Source: Pachysolen tannophilus NRRL Y-2460 (Eukaryota). Taken from it: a stretch of DNA of 64,000 bases. The position numbers were made by a program, and so were the translations under genes. The notes under the pieces were generated by a model. The model saw only the letters and a program-made list of their open reading frames with translations. It did no database searches and was not told where the DNA came from. Positions 46,317-57,621 of the stretch are shown here, piece after piece. The DNA is taken from NCBI GenBank assembly GCA_001661245.1, contig KV454014.1, positions 351,559 through 415,558 of the forward strand, read 5' to 3'. The stretch's first letter is position 1, and each line of letters begins with the position of its first letter.

Positions 46317-47623
46317 CTCTAAACTTCAAAAAACGTAAAACAACAACAACAACAACAACAATATAGCTAGCGCCTTTTTAACTTCTTCTGAAACACCTTT
46401 TTTTTTAAAAAAAAAAAAATAAAAAATAATTTTCCCCTAGATCTAAGAAGAGAAAGAAAGATGAAATGAATGAATCAATTTATGAATTTATGAAAAAAAT
46501 TATAAAGAAAAAAAATAATACAATTTTTTTCTCTTTTAACTTTTCTTTAACGGGATTTGTTTACTCTTAAAAGGGGAACTCGAGTAATGCTAAAAGACCA
46601 AAAAAACAAAAAAAAAAATTTAAATTTTTTTTAAACTAAAAATTAGGGAACAAATGAGTGAATAAGTGTTGAACAAGCTAATAAGCTAGTAAGCTAGTAA
46701 GCTATAAAACGACTAGATAGATCTCCCGATTGTCTTTTTCAATTAGTCCTTTTAAATATCTTTTAAAGTTCGATAACCGAATCTCATGAAATTCTTGATC
46801 GATTCAAAAAGGTAAAAACAAAAAATCAAATTGGTACTTGTAAAAAATTGATTCAAAAAAAAAAAAATTAAATCAAATAAAATAAAAATTTCACCTATTT
46901 TATTAATCTTTAACTTTTATCAATATTGTATTTGACTGCTTTTTCTTTATTTCTTTATTTCTTTAAATGATAACTAAACCTTCTAAGCAACTACTGAGTT
47001 TTGAACAAAAAAAATTTTTTTTAGTTCAATTCACTAAAATATATTTACTTATTTCTTTCTTTGTTTGTTTGTTTGTTTGTTTTGTTTATTTGCATCAGCG
47101 TTACGCCCATTGACAGAATTAATAATTTTGAGGCGGATTTTTTTTTCTTTTATTTATTACGCAAAAAATTTTAGTTAGAATTCAAAGCCTACGAAAAAGA
47201 GAAAGAGAAAAAAGAAAACTAATCATTTTGAAACAACAACGCGATTTTCGGCCGCCGCCCCGTCCAAGCACTTTAAAGCTTGCCCAAGCATACCCAAGCC
47301 CATAAAAGCACATTCAAGAACCCAAGCCCACTAAAGTACTAAAGAGCCAAAACAGTAAAACAGTAGAACAGTAAAACACCCACAGGGCCCAAGCTCATCC
47401 CGGGTACAGCTAGAACGCGTTCTTGCCGTTATTGTAGTCTCGTAGTTTTCTCATAGTCTTCTCATAGTCTCTCTGTCCTGGCAGTCGCACGGTAGAGCGC
47501 GGTCGCGCGTTCTCTCGCGCTCTCGCGCTCCCACTCTACTAAGCCCTTTACTAAGCCTTTTTTTACATTTTTACGTATATAAATATATATATATATTATT
47601 ATTCATGATTACTCTATTTATTA

Positions 47624-48553
47624 CTATACTATTATATTGTCCTCTTCAAAGTCTTCGTCTCTAAACATGGAGTCATCGTCTCCATTACCTTCATCTATAT
47701 CTTCAATACCAAAATTTGCCTCATCTAAGGTAATTGTTGCATTGGCGCCTAATTCTTGCATCTTTTCTCGCATTTTGATATAAATTATATAAGTTGTAAG
47801 ACTAAAAGCTGTAGCGGTAATTAATATGCTTGCAAAATCTACTAAACCAGTGGCAAAGTCTTGTGATTCGCCCAAATCGGCAATTTTAGATCCTATGAAA
47901 AGATGGATCAATAATTTTGGTGAAGTTAATACACTTGCACCAACAAATGTTGGTACAGAAATACCAGGTACCGCTGCTAAAGCACCATTGGAAAGAGAAT
48001 AAGGAAGTGGACAAAGTCTAATTAAACATAATAACCAAAGAGCATTCTTATCATTTAAAATCATAGTAAAAGCTTCAAATTTCCTTGATTTTTCCATAAG
48101 TTCCACAGCTCTTTCTTTTAAAACATACCTGAATAAGATAAATGAAAACATCGAACCAGTAATCGAAGCAGCAGCTAAAACGGGCCAACCCCCGCTAATG
48201 CCCCAAATCATTCCTGTTAACAGTGATAATGCACTAAAACCAATCAATGGAGGAAATGAAACTCCAAAAATTAATACAAACATCAATATTTTACCTCCAC
48301 GCATTTCTCTCCATGTACGGGCAGAAGAAACTAACAAGTCCATGAAATAAGAATGGAAAATGGTGAAAAGTACACCAACAACCAGTAGTATTATCATACC
48401 AATTATTATACCTAATTTTTTTGGTATTGGTTGCTTATAAAACCATTCAAAAGAGTTTGCTAAAATTTCTTTAACCATATCATAATTTGCTTGGAGAATC
48501 GATCTCCTAAATGAAATCGGTTGTCGTTCAGACAACTCAGACAATCTTGGCAT
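47624..48553 (-). CDS. TVP38: Golgi DedA/VTT-family membrane protein Tvp38
   Basis: SFPPLIGFS, LIRLCPLPYSLSNG, TSPKLLIHLFIGS. Confidence 0.92.
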   Translation of the reverse strand: MPRLSELSERQPISFRRSILQANYDMVKEILANSFEWFYKQPIPKKLGIIIGMIILLVVGVLFTIFHSYFMDLLVSSARTWREMRGGKILMFVLIFGVSFPPLIGFSALSLLTGMIWGISGGWPVLAAASITGSMFSFILFRYVLKERAVELMEKSRKFEAFTMILNDKNALWLLCLIRLCPLPYSLSNGALAAVPGISVPTFVGASVLTSPKLLIHLFIGSKIADLGESQDFATGLVDFASILITATAFSLTTYIIYIKMREKMQELGANATITLDEANFGIEDIDEGNGDDDSMFRDEDFEEDNIIV

Positions 48554-49126
48554 CTCTCTCCCTTTCTATACACATATATATAAACTTCCCATAGAAATTA
48601 ACTATCTGTGTACAGAAGTTGATTTAGTATTATTTTAAACGCCTTAATCTCTCTATTTCTCTCTTTCTCTTTCTCTATACTACATAGGAGAAATCAAAAA
48701 AAAAAAAAAAACACATTTCGGAGAAGTTTTAAAAAATCAAACTTCTCCTCTTTCCGTTTGGTTTCCTTCTAGGTTTCCGCTTTAAAATTTAAACTTATAC
48801 ATAAGTAATATAATATTACACAATTAAAACTCAAGAGCACCAAAGATACTAACTAAAACTAAAACTAAAACTAAAAACTATATAAACCCCAACCATTATA
48901 TATGATGATGTTAACAAAAAAAATCACATTCCAAGCAAAAACAAAATTAAAAACAAAAACCAACTTAAGCAAAGTGAATGACATCTAAAATAAAATAATA
49001 CCATGACTACTAAAATAAAAAAAAATGAAAAAAAAAAAAAAAAAAAAAATAATATTAAAATTAAAATTAAAATTAAAACTGCATTTCCCGTGTGTTTGTG
49101 TGTGTAAGAGAGAGGAAGAGAAAGAT

Positions 49127-52100
49127 TCAAATCATTAGCCAAGAATCTTCATTCTTCTCATCTTCTATGCTCTGTTCTATACCCTCACTGTTGTGATCAA
49201 ACTCTTGTATCTTGTTTAATATTAACTTTCTTGAATATTCGAGTTCTTTGTATATGGTTGAAATGGCAACATTGACTCCATCTTCTGATCTTATTTGTTT
49301 ACCAATAACCTCAGCCTTCTTGATAATACGCTGATTTGTGACAACTTCTTTAATGGCTTTGGATAAGGATTTACTATTTAATTTTTTCAATCCAATACCT
49401 GCTCCAATGTCTTCCACTCTATTCGCATAAAAAAATTGATCTCCAAAGAAAGGTTTGATTATAGTAGGTAAACCGGCTCTTAAAGTGGCACCAGTGGTCC
49501 CAGATCCTCCATGATGAACTGCAGCATCTATTTTAGGGAATAGCCAATCGTGTGGAATAGATCCCGCATTATATACCTCGGGTGGTAATTCAATTTCAAT
49601 ATTTTTCAGGCCACTATCTAATCTGTTACTCCACCCTTTATTCAATATACATCTAACATCAGCTTCAATGACTGCATTGACAACAGCTTCGGTTAAGTCG
49701 CGGGGATCAGATACAACAATTGACCCAAAACCTATGTAGACCAACTTCTTGCCATCTTTTCTAGCCTTGTCCATAAATTCCAATAGTTCTTTTGGTGGTT
49801 CATAGGTTAGTCCTTCATCTAAAAACCAATATCCTGTTACTTTAACCCAATCAGCAAAATCAACACTTGGTGGGAAAACTGTTGGTGAAATATTATATAA
49901 AAAGGGTACTTTAGATTGTTGTAAATGATCCAAACTTGTTTTAGGTAATTTCAAAGTTTCCTTTCTCCATTTATTAACTTGACCACTAATACCTTTCCAA
50001 AATACATTTTCAAACATAACATGAGTTAAATAGTTATATGAACCTCCCCTTTTTTGATCAGGAACAATGAACGCATGTGGATAAGCTCTTGTCTTCGTCC
50101 ATGGCATCGTAAAAGCACGGAAATATGGAATACCTAGAGCTTCTGCTATATGAATGCCTGCCATTGCAGATGGTGATTCTACCAATATATCTGCATCCTG
50201 ACATGCAACCCAAGAGCTTTCCAATAAGTCCGTAATCCACCCTCTGAATTTAGAAGAGGCCTCCTTCAAAAAAGCAACACTCATGGAACCATGGGTAACC
50301 ATCAAATTCATTAATTCTGCAGGATCACCAGCAATTTCTCCAAATTCCATGCCATATTTTTCAACCCATGGACGAAACTCAGCATGAGACACAATCTTAA
50401 CTTTATGTCCTTCTTTTAATAGGCCCTTACCTAAAGCAATATATGGTTGAACATCACCACGTGAGCCTATTGTCAATAACGTGAATCTATAAGGCTTATG
50501 AGGCTTAACACATGTCTCTGAAAACGGATTATTTTCAACAATTATTGGAATATCAACACCAATTGTAGAGCTGATTTTATTTTCAAATAATCGAATTCTC
50601 GCTTCCGCAAGATTGTTTGTTGATTCTGCTAATTTAATATCATCCACATTTTGCAGAAGCGTATCCACTTGACTCTTTTTCCTGTTATTGAGATCAATCT
50701 GTTTCAACAATAAAGTCTCGCAATCATCCCTAGCTTCAGATGTTCCAAATTCAAAAAATAATTCCTCATGCCCGTGAATAACTATAACTAAACCAGAATA
50801 TCCAAATCTAAAACCTTTTTCTTTATAAACATTTTCAATGTCTTTGAATGGTAATATCATTAGCGTTTTGGTTCCTGGTAATAAAGATCTATAGCAAATC
50901 TCACTTGTGCCAATATAAAGTTTACCGTACAAAGGAATATTTTTAATTAAATGAGCGTAATACGAAGATATTAATTTCTCTTGATCAGAAAGTGAAAAAT
51001 GCTTGTGAAATCTCTGAGTTGCTTCTAACCTTTCCTTTGGATCTTCAATTAAATAAGGATCTTCGGACCCTCTTTCCAAAGAATTAGCTTCATCATAATG
51101 GTGAGGCTCTGCGGCCCACATTGTTGACAAATTATTAACGTGAGTTATTCCAGAATTCGTAGTATTAACTAAACCTCTAACAAAATATCTTGGAGTCCAT
51201 CTTGAATATAGATGCTGTAATTCTCCTTGAGAATCTTTAAACTGTATGTCCGAAATGGATTTCACTGGTTGCTCTCCAATTACTTGTGAAACAGGCGTAT
51301 CATCCAATTGTTCACATTGCTCATCTTCAGTACTTTGTAAATCAGGTGAAGTAAGAGCTGACGAAGTAGAAGAAGATTCATTAGATATGCTAGTGGATTT
51401 CACTTTTCCCTTATTACTGATCACTATTTCGGGTATTTCAGTAGCATTATTATTATACTTGTAAATCTTTTCAACTACTCCTTCTCCAGAAGCATTTTTA
51501 TTAAGATTAAAGCTTGAAATTTCAGAATTTTCAGCATTGAATCCTTCTCCAGTAGTAGATGTGGACGATTCCGAATCATCAGGAACCGACGATTTTAATC
51601 TTGGAGATAACACACTGCGGAGCTTTCTCAATTTTCCAGCATTTATATTTGTATCACTGTTACTTTTCTTAGAAAAAGAACTATTTTTTACTGAATCGGA
51701 TTTTCCCAGTTTTTTTTCTTCTTCTTCTTTCCTTTGCTTTTCTTCCAGTTTCTTTAATATCGAATCAGTATTTAGCCCTGCCTGTTTCATTACACCATTA
51801 ATGGCCTCCACAGCTTTATCTCCACTATTCAAAAACATAAAATAGTAATCATCAACGGCATAACTTTCAAGACTTTCTAATATTTTGATTCTTAAAGTTT
51901 CTGAACTATCAAAGACAGGAGTCAATTCCAAATCTAAAATATTCTGTAAAGGAATTTTGATTGTTACATGATCACCTTTATTTCTTGCCGCAAAAATATG
52001 TTTTTTCAAAATTCCAACCCAAGATCTTACAGAATCCAATGAGTCAGCTTGAAAATCATATCCTCTAGACTCCGTTAATATTCTGAACCAAGTAGGTTCA

Positions 52101-53539
52101 GAAGCTGAAGAATATTCATGTTTCGACAATAAATTGCTTGGGGTTTCCGCAGTTGAATCTGACACGTATTTACTTGATTTGACATGATGCTTGTGGATTA
52201 CTTCTGCTCTTAATGCATATCTCAAATCTATAGTCATTATTGGGAAATATAAATCTGTGGAGTTAGAGTAAATGGATAAAGTATTGTCTCTTAATATAGC
52301 CCATTTTCTACTAATTCTTCTCGATGTATATGATTTAACACCCAATGACCCACTCATTGCAATTGCACCTTGTTTCTTTGGCAAATATGCAAAAAATAAA
52401 ATATGACAATTTGTAATATATAAATGGCCTTGCAATAAAACATCTTTTAATAACCAACAGGAATAATCACCAATAAATTCGTCGTTCGGACCGATGTTAA
52501 AAGTTTTCTTCAATTTCTCAGATAAAGCTATAGCTATATCTCTACTGTCCTTTGAGCCAGACTCTCCAGATGAAAATTTATTAACAACTGATAATTCGAA
52601 AAAAGTTGATCTTTTTCTCAAGTTACGTAATCTTACAATTTTCCCAGGTGAACCTTTCTTAAGCTCAGCTGCCTTTTCAAGGTCTGGTCGAGAATAAGAA
52701 GTTTGATGATCGACATTATGTTTTGTGTTTTTAATATCATTTTCAACCATATCCTTAATCTTGGAATCTTCTTTATCAACTGAAGAAGCATGGGTTTCAT
52801 CATAATTATCAATTTTTTCATTACCCTCAGGTTCTTTGTCACTTTCTACCGAATATTTAGTTGCATTGGCAAATAAAGCTTGTTTCTCAAGTGTATCCAT
52901 TGTCTCAGAATTATTTCTCTCCTCTTCTTCTTCTTCTTCTTCACCTTCGTCGTCTTCGTCTTCTTCCACATCTTGTTCAACTTGTTTATCTTCCTCGTTA
53001 TCATTATGGGAATCTTTTTCTTTATCCACAACGCCTGCAGTTTCCGGTGTCTCATGTGCATTTTCATCCAACTCCATACCTGCATACATGCTTGCCGCGG
53101 TTAGCATGGTGACAATAGATTTGGCCATGGCATTTATAGGCTTACCACAATCATTTGCATCATTAAGCGAAGTACTGGATTCTTTTTTGGTTCCATCGTC
53201 ATTGCTGCCAGATCCTCCAACAAAATCAGGTAACATTGATGATACAGAATTAGATGCCAACCTTGGTCTTCTAATGTTATGTAGAGACAAATGTAATGGA
53301 ACTGAACTTGCTAAATCCAATTTCACCGGTGGGGACAAACTTCTCTTGGAAGGGGATAACGCTCTTCTCCACGATGAAGAAGACCTTCTGCGTCTAGTGG
53401 ATTCAGTACCTGAAGGTGAACTTGCTTCAGTCTTGACATTAGAGCTATCTTCAGGAGATAAAAACCGTGATGGAGATATTGCAGCAAGTTTCCGTTCTTT
53501 ACCCCTGGGCGTTTGAGATTCTTTCTCTTCTGTCGACAT
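49127..53539 (-). CDS. ATG26: Sterol 3-beta-glucosyltransferase (GRAM-PH-GRAM-glycosyltransferase)
   Basis: GRAM (CWLLKDVLLQGHLY), PH, second GRAM, TIGSRGDVQPYIALG, VHHGGSGTTGA, PFFGDQ. First ATG at 53539. Confidence 0.96.
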   Translation of the reverse strand: MSTEEKESQTPRGKERKLAAISPSRFLSPEDSSNVKTEASSPSGTESTRRRRSSSSWRRALSPSKRSLSPPVKLDLASSVPLHLSLHNIRRPRLASNSVSSMLPDFVGGSGSNDDGTKKESSTSLNDANDCGKPINAMAKSIVTMLTAASMYAGMELDENAHETPETAGVVDKEKDSHNDNEEDKQVEQDVEEDEDDEGEEEEEEEERNNSETMDTLEKQALFANATKYSVESDKEPEGNEKIDNYDETHASSVDKEDSKIKDMVENDIKNTKHNVDHQTSYSRPDLEKAAELKKGSPGKIVRLRNLRKRSTFFELSVVNKFSSGESGSKDSRDIAIALSEKLKKTFNIGPNDEFIGDYSCWLLKDVLLQGHLYITNCHILFFAYLPKKQGAIAMSGSLGVKSYTSRRISRKWAILRDNTLSIYSNSTDLYFPIMTIDLRYALRAEVIHKHHVKSSKYVSDSTAETPSNLLSKHEYSSASEPTWFRILTESRGYDFQADSLDSVRSWVGILKKHIFAARNKGDHVTIKIPLQNILDLELTPVFDSSETLRIKILESLESYAVDDYYFMFLNSGDKAVEAINGVMKQAGLNTDSILKKLEEKQRKEEEEKKLGKSDSVKNSSFSKKSNSDTNINAGKLRKLRSVLSPRLKSSVPDDSESSTSTTGEGFNAENSEISSFNLNKNASGEGVVEKIYKYNNNATEIPEIVISNKGKVKSTSISNESSSTSSALTSPDLQSTEDEQCEQLDDTPVSQVIGEQPVKSISDIQFKDSQGELQHLYSRWTPRYFVRGLVNTTNSGITHVNNLSTMWAAEPHHYDEANSLERGSEDPYLIEDPKERLEATQRFHKHFSLSDQEKLISSYYAHLIKNIPLYGKLYIGTSEICYRSLLPGTKTLMILPFKDIENVYKEKGFRFGYSGLVIVIHGHEELFFEFGTSEARDDCETLLLKQIDLNNRKKSQVDTLLQNVDDIKLAESTNNLAEARIRLFENKISSTIGVDIPIIVENNPFSETCVKPHKPYRFTLLTIGSRGDVQPYIALGKGLLKEGHKVKIVSHAEFRPWVEKYGMEFGEIAGDPAELMNLMVTHGSMSVAFLKEASSKFRGWITDLLESSWVACQDADILVESPSAMAGIHIAEALGIPYFRAFTMPWTKTRAYPHAFIVPDQKRGGSYNYLTHVMFENVFWKGISGQVNKWRKETLKLPKTSLDHLQQSKVPFLYNISPTVFPPSVDFADWVKVTGYWFLDEGLTYEPPKELLEFMDKARKDGKKLVYIGFGSIVVSDPRDLTEAVVNAVIEADVRCILNKGWSNRLDSGLKNIEIELPPEVYNAGSIPHDWLFPKIDAAVHHGGSGTTGATLRAGLPTIIKPFFGDQFFYANRVEDIGAGIGLKKLNSKSLSKAIKEVVTNQRIIKKAEVIGKQIRSEDGVNVAISTIYKELEYSRKLILNKIQEFDHNSEGIEQSIEDEKNEDSWLMI

Positions 53540-54090
53540 TATCAAAAATATTATATTCCTCTATAAACTTAACAATCGATCAACTAATCAATCGATCAAC
53601 TATCAATGAATATTAAATTCAAGATTATCTGTTTCAAATTGTGGAAACAAAAACAAAATTATTAATAAACACTTTTATTATGTGCGCCTCCTTTTTTTTT
53701 TTGATTCTCTTATTGATTTGCAATCATAAAAACACAATAAAAACAAGCAGCTCTTTATCAACCATATATAAGTAATCAGATAGATATATTGGTTGAACTA
53801 TCTTTCAGAGCTCAATTAATGTTTAATGGATATATTATTATGTGATGAGATAAAACACTAAAACTTGAATTGTCATATTATTTAGGCTTATTGTGGAACC
53901 AGGTTTCAAGTAAGATGCGTACGACCTAAAAAAAACACACTTCCTTATCAGTTCATCGATTGATCATCAATTAATCATCGATATATCTATATATCTACAT
54001 ATATATATATATATATAGATATCTACCGTAAACTACTGCGAGAGAAGATTAGTCTATTAAATAGTGGCCTATATAGTGGTTATTATAAAT

Positions 54091-54866
54091 TTACCATTGG
54101 GTGATATCAGCTTCTACTTCACCAAAGACGCTATCTTTTTTAACATTCATGTCATTGTTTTCTTGAGCTTTAACCATTTCTTCCGCGCCAGCTACTCTTT
54201 GAAGCATCAATTCTTTCAAGTTTTCATTTTCGAAATCTAGGATTAATTTGTTAATACTTTCAAATTCTAATAAGAAAGCATCATGGCCCTCTGGTGAATC
54301 GATTTTCTCTAGTCTTGCTTTTGGTAAATATTTTGCAAGACTTTGTTGCTCGCTATAAGTGAATAAAGCATCTGATTTTATACCAATAACTAGCGTTGGT
54401 TGCTGTAATGAGCCTAACAGTTTTTCAATTGAATTTTCAAACTCAGGTCTATCACGAGATACATCATGTGTGTCCAATTTCCTGGTTATTGCTATATAAC
54501 AATTTGCATCAAACCTCTTGACAAATTTTTCGCCCTGATACCTTAAGTAAGATTGAGCAGAGAAAAAATGTGGAGGTCTATGTTTATTACGCTGGCGAGG
54601 ATTTATGTGCTGCTGTTGTTGTTGTTGTTGCTGCTGATGCAGCTGTTGCTGATTAGATGCATTTAACGAAATTGAGGAAGTAGATGATGTTATGCTTGAT
54701 ATTGAGTCTGTAGAATCCCTTCTTATAGATGATGACTGAGGTGAATATAATTCTGTGGATGATGAAAGCGATGATTTTCTTAATACATGCCTGGCGCTCT
54801 TTAGTCCATCATTATGTATTGTCCAATTATCTTCTGCTCCATCTTCATTTTGCTGATGCGCGGCGC

Positions 54867-54899
<33 letters not shown>

Positions 54900-55722
54900 C
54901 AGTTTTAGTTTTAGTTTTAGTTTCATTTTCAGTTTGGGTTCCATTACCCAAGGTTTTCAATTTCCCGTTCCTCTTGTTACCATCATTTCTACCAAATCTT
55001 GCTTCAAATGAATTTCTTGATCTATAAGTTAATAAAGCAGCCATTCTTGCTGCACTCAATCCATTTGATGGCGGATCATCCAAGGAATAATAACCTTCCT
55101 CATATTTCGGATCCGAATAAATACACTGACGTTGTGCTTCACCCCAGGATATACACCAAGCAGAATGTCTTGCACTTGTTGCCAATGCAACACAAGTTTT
55201 CACATATTCTTTACCGAGAAATAACCATTCTAATGATAACATTCCACCCATCGATCCTCCTATAACAATAGCAATCTGCTTCACTCCTAAATCATCCAAA
55301 ATCAACTTGTGCAGATTAACATCATCTCTAATAGTGGTCAAGGGAAATTCAGGTCCATAAATCTCACCAGTTTCTGGATCTTTTGTAACTGGAGAAGCAG
55401 ATCCATAAGGTGATCCAAATGAATTGGAACATATAATGAAAAATTTTGTTGGATCAAACGCCTTATCTTTCCCCAACAATGGACCCCACCAATCACTCAC
55501 ATCTGCAGAACCAGTCAATGCATGACATATAACCATACAATTATTTCCTTCTTTATTCAATTTCCCCCAAGTCTTGTATGCAATTGGAACATTATAAATA
55601 ACATCCCCATTCTCTAATTGAAATTCAGGAATCTCAACAATAGTCTGATTTGAAACAAGCTTACTAAACGGATTTTCAGGTTGAGATTCCAATCTCTTGA
55701 GCTTATTTGTACTTGATGTCAT
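54091..55722 (-). CDS. MET2: Homoserine O-acetyltransferase
   Basis: CHALTGSAD, GGSMGG nucleophile elbow, RFDANCY, SPEGHDAFLLE; carries a low-complexity insertion. Confidence 0.96.
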
Positions 55723-56131
55723 AATTCAATACTAATAATACATTTAATTTTTCACACTTTTTCAATTTTTGAAAAAAAATTAATCCAAATAACTATTCTC
55801 TCCACCAAAACAATGCAAAGAAAAAATGAAAGATAATAGCAAATCTCTAAACAAGATGAATATAACTCCTGATTCAACAAAAATAATCTCAACAGTTTCT
55901 GCAATAAACTTATCTTAATTTCTAATCACTATAAAGAAAAAAATGGGTATTAATTATAATGGTGTTGATGATATTAGTCAACTTCATGTGTTTTGTTGAA
56001 ATACAATTTGTTTGCACTACTGTTTTGTGTGAAAAGTTTCAACAATTTCAATTTCAAATTCAATTTTAAATTGAATGAATTGAGAGAAGAAGAAGAAGAA
56101 GAAGAAGAAGTAGGGATAGAGTGAATTGAAG

Positions 56132-57277
56132 ATGGTGGTGAAGATGTATCCGCGGGCCAACTGTCATGTTAGTGGAGGTAAAGTTTGTTTATCTGGAAGT
56201 AAAGCTGGTGGTGGTAGTGATGGGAATTTGTTTGAAGTTAAGAAGGGACCTATTTCTGGTTTTATTAATCATAATTTTGTTAATCAATTAGATTTAATTT
56301 TACCATTGGAGGTTTATAGTCAGATTAAAGATGCGCCTATATTGAATGATATTTTTACGCATTATCGGGTACGAACAAAGTTATGTAATTTATTGAATAA
56401 GCAGTTACTTGATGTTATTGGACTGGGTAAAATTATAAAGTTAATTACAATCAATAAGAACTCAGAGACAAGTGATATATTTATATCTATTATTGATAAT
56501 AAACTTTGCTTGTCATTGGATAAGGATAATAGTGAAAGGACTGGCTTAAAATTTACTAAATCTATTTTTAAAAAAAATAATAGGTATAATTATATTTTTG
56601 ATTTTAAAACTATAGGTTTAAATGTTAATAATAATGATTTTTTAAAAATTTTAAGATTTTTACAATTGGTTAATATAAATGATCTGGGTGATTATGAATT
56701 TTTATTTTATATAACAGAGAAAAATGGAAATCCATATAATTTAACTGAAAATGAATTATTACAATTTAAGGATTATTTTGAAACAATTTTACCTATAAAT
56801 TATAAACTGTCACTGCTGACAAATTTGAATTCAATTTTAATCCCATCATTAGAAATTAATAATAACGATTTAAAGCCAGATCCTGAATGGTGTTTGGAAA
56901 CAATGGAATTTTTAACATATTTATCAATAGGTGGATCACAATTATATTCCATGGATAAGACAGATCCATTTATTTCAAATTTTAAAAAAACAATAGATTT
57001 TTCTTCTGAAACTACTAGCACAGATATCATAAAAATAACTTTTAAAAATGGATTGATCCATTCTGCATTCATATCGTTACAAATAATATCATTAATTAAT
57101 AATCTTAAAATTTCAAATTGGTATAGTATAATCAATTATGGATTACTAAATACAAATTATAGTTGGAATCTTTCAGAACATTTATTCCATGAAAACGGCG
57201 AAAATCATTCAATTTTCTTACAAAATAAAGATGATTATATCCAATGGCAAGTCACAGGAGGTTTGGATACTCATTAA
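56132..57277 (+). CDS. RPP40: RNase P/MRP subunit Rpp40-like protein
   Basis: HNFVNQLDLILP, KLCLSLDKDNSERTGL (compare recalled human Rpp40 KLILSLDKDTYEETGL), DKTDPFIS. First ATG at 56132. Confidence 0.65.
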   Translation: MVVKMYPRANCHVSGGKVCLSGSKAGGGSDGNLFEVKKGPISGFINHNFVNQLDLILPLEVYSQIKDAPILNDIFTHYRVRTKLCNLLNKQLLDVIGLGKIIKLITINKNSETSDIFISIIDNKLCLSLDKDNSERTGLKFTKSIFKKNNRYNYIFDFKTIGLNVNNNDFLKILRFLQLVNINDLGDYEFLFYITEKNGNPYNLTENELLQFKDYFETILPINYKLSLLTNLNSILIPSLEINNNDLKPDPEWCLETMEFLTYLSIGGSQLYSMDKTDPFISNFKKTIDFSSETTSTDIIKITFKNGLIHSAFISLQIISLINNLKISNWYSIINYGLLNTNYSWNLSEHLFHENGENHSIFLQNKDDYIQWQVTGGLDTH

Positions 57278-57621
57278 GAATACTTGACTACTAGTTTTAT
57301 CTTATATTGTGTTGTATATTTAATAAAATAAGCCATCGCTTTGGTTTCGGAACGACTGTGTAGTTAAACTCATTTTTTTTCTTTTTGGCATTCTCATCTT
57401 TTTTCTTTCTTTCTTTTTTATATTTATTGTATAATTGATTAATAATTTTAAATCATTAGATTGATTGACATCTTTGAATCTACATAAATAAGCTATAGCT
57501 ATTGGTTTGTTATTGTTTTCTTCTTTTAAGAAAATATATTTATATATTTAAATTTGAACAAGATATTTTATATTTTGTTTTAAGATATCAGTAACTAATT
57601 AATTAACTAACTTTTTTCAAT

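Noticed and set aside
47001..47029. Near-palindrome TTGAAC-A8-T8-A-GTTCAA
   Set aside because: Mostly A/T homopolymers, which are abundant here, so likely chance.
47470..47540. Possible tRNA in the GC-rich stretch (GGTAGAGCGC)
   Set aside because: No T-arm GTTCRA motif or cloverleaf pairing. No CAG-anticodon tRNA was found in this window.
57590..57621. Branch-point-like AACTAAC before the PWI gene
   Set aside because: No convincing 5' splice site and no AG acceptor before the ATG; the ORF already has a complete N-terminus.
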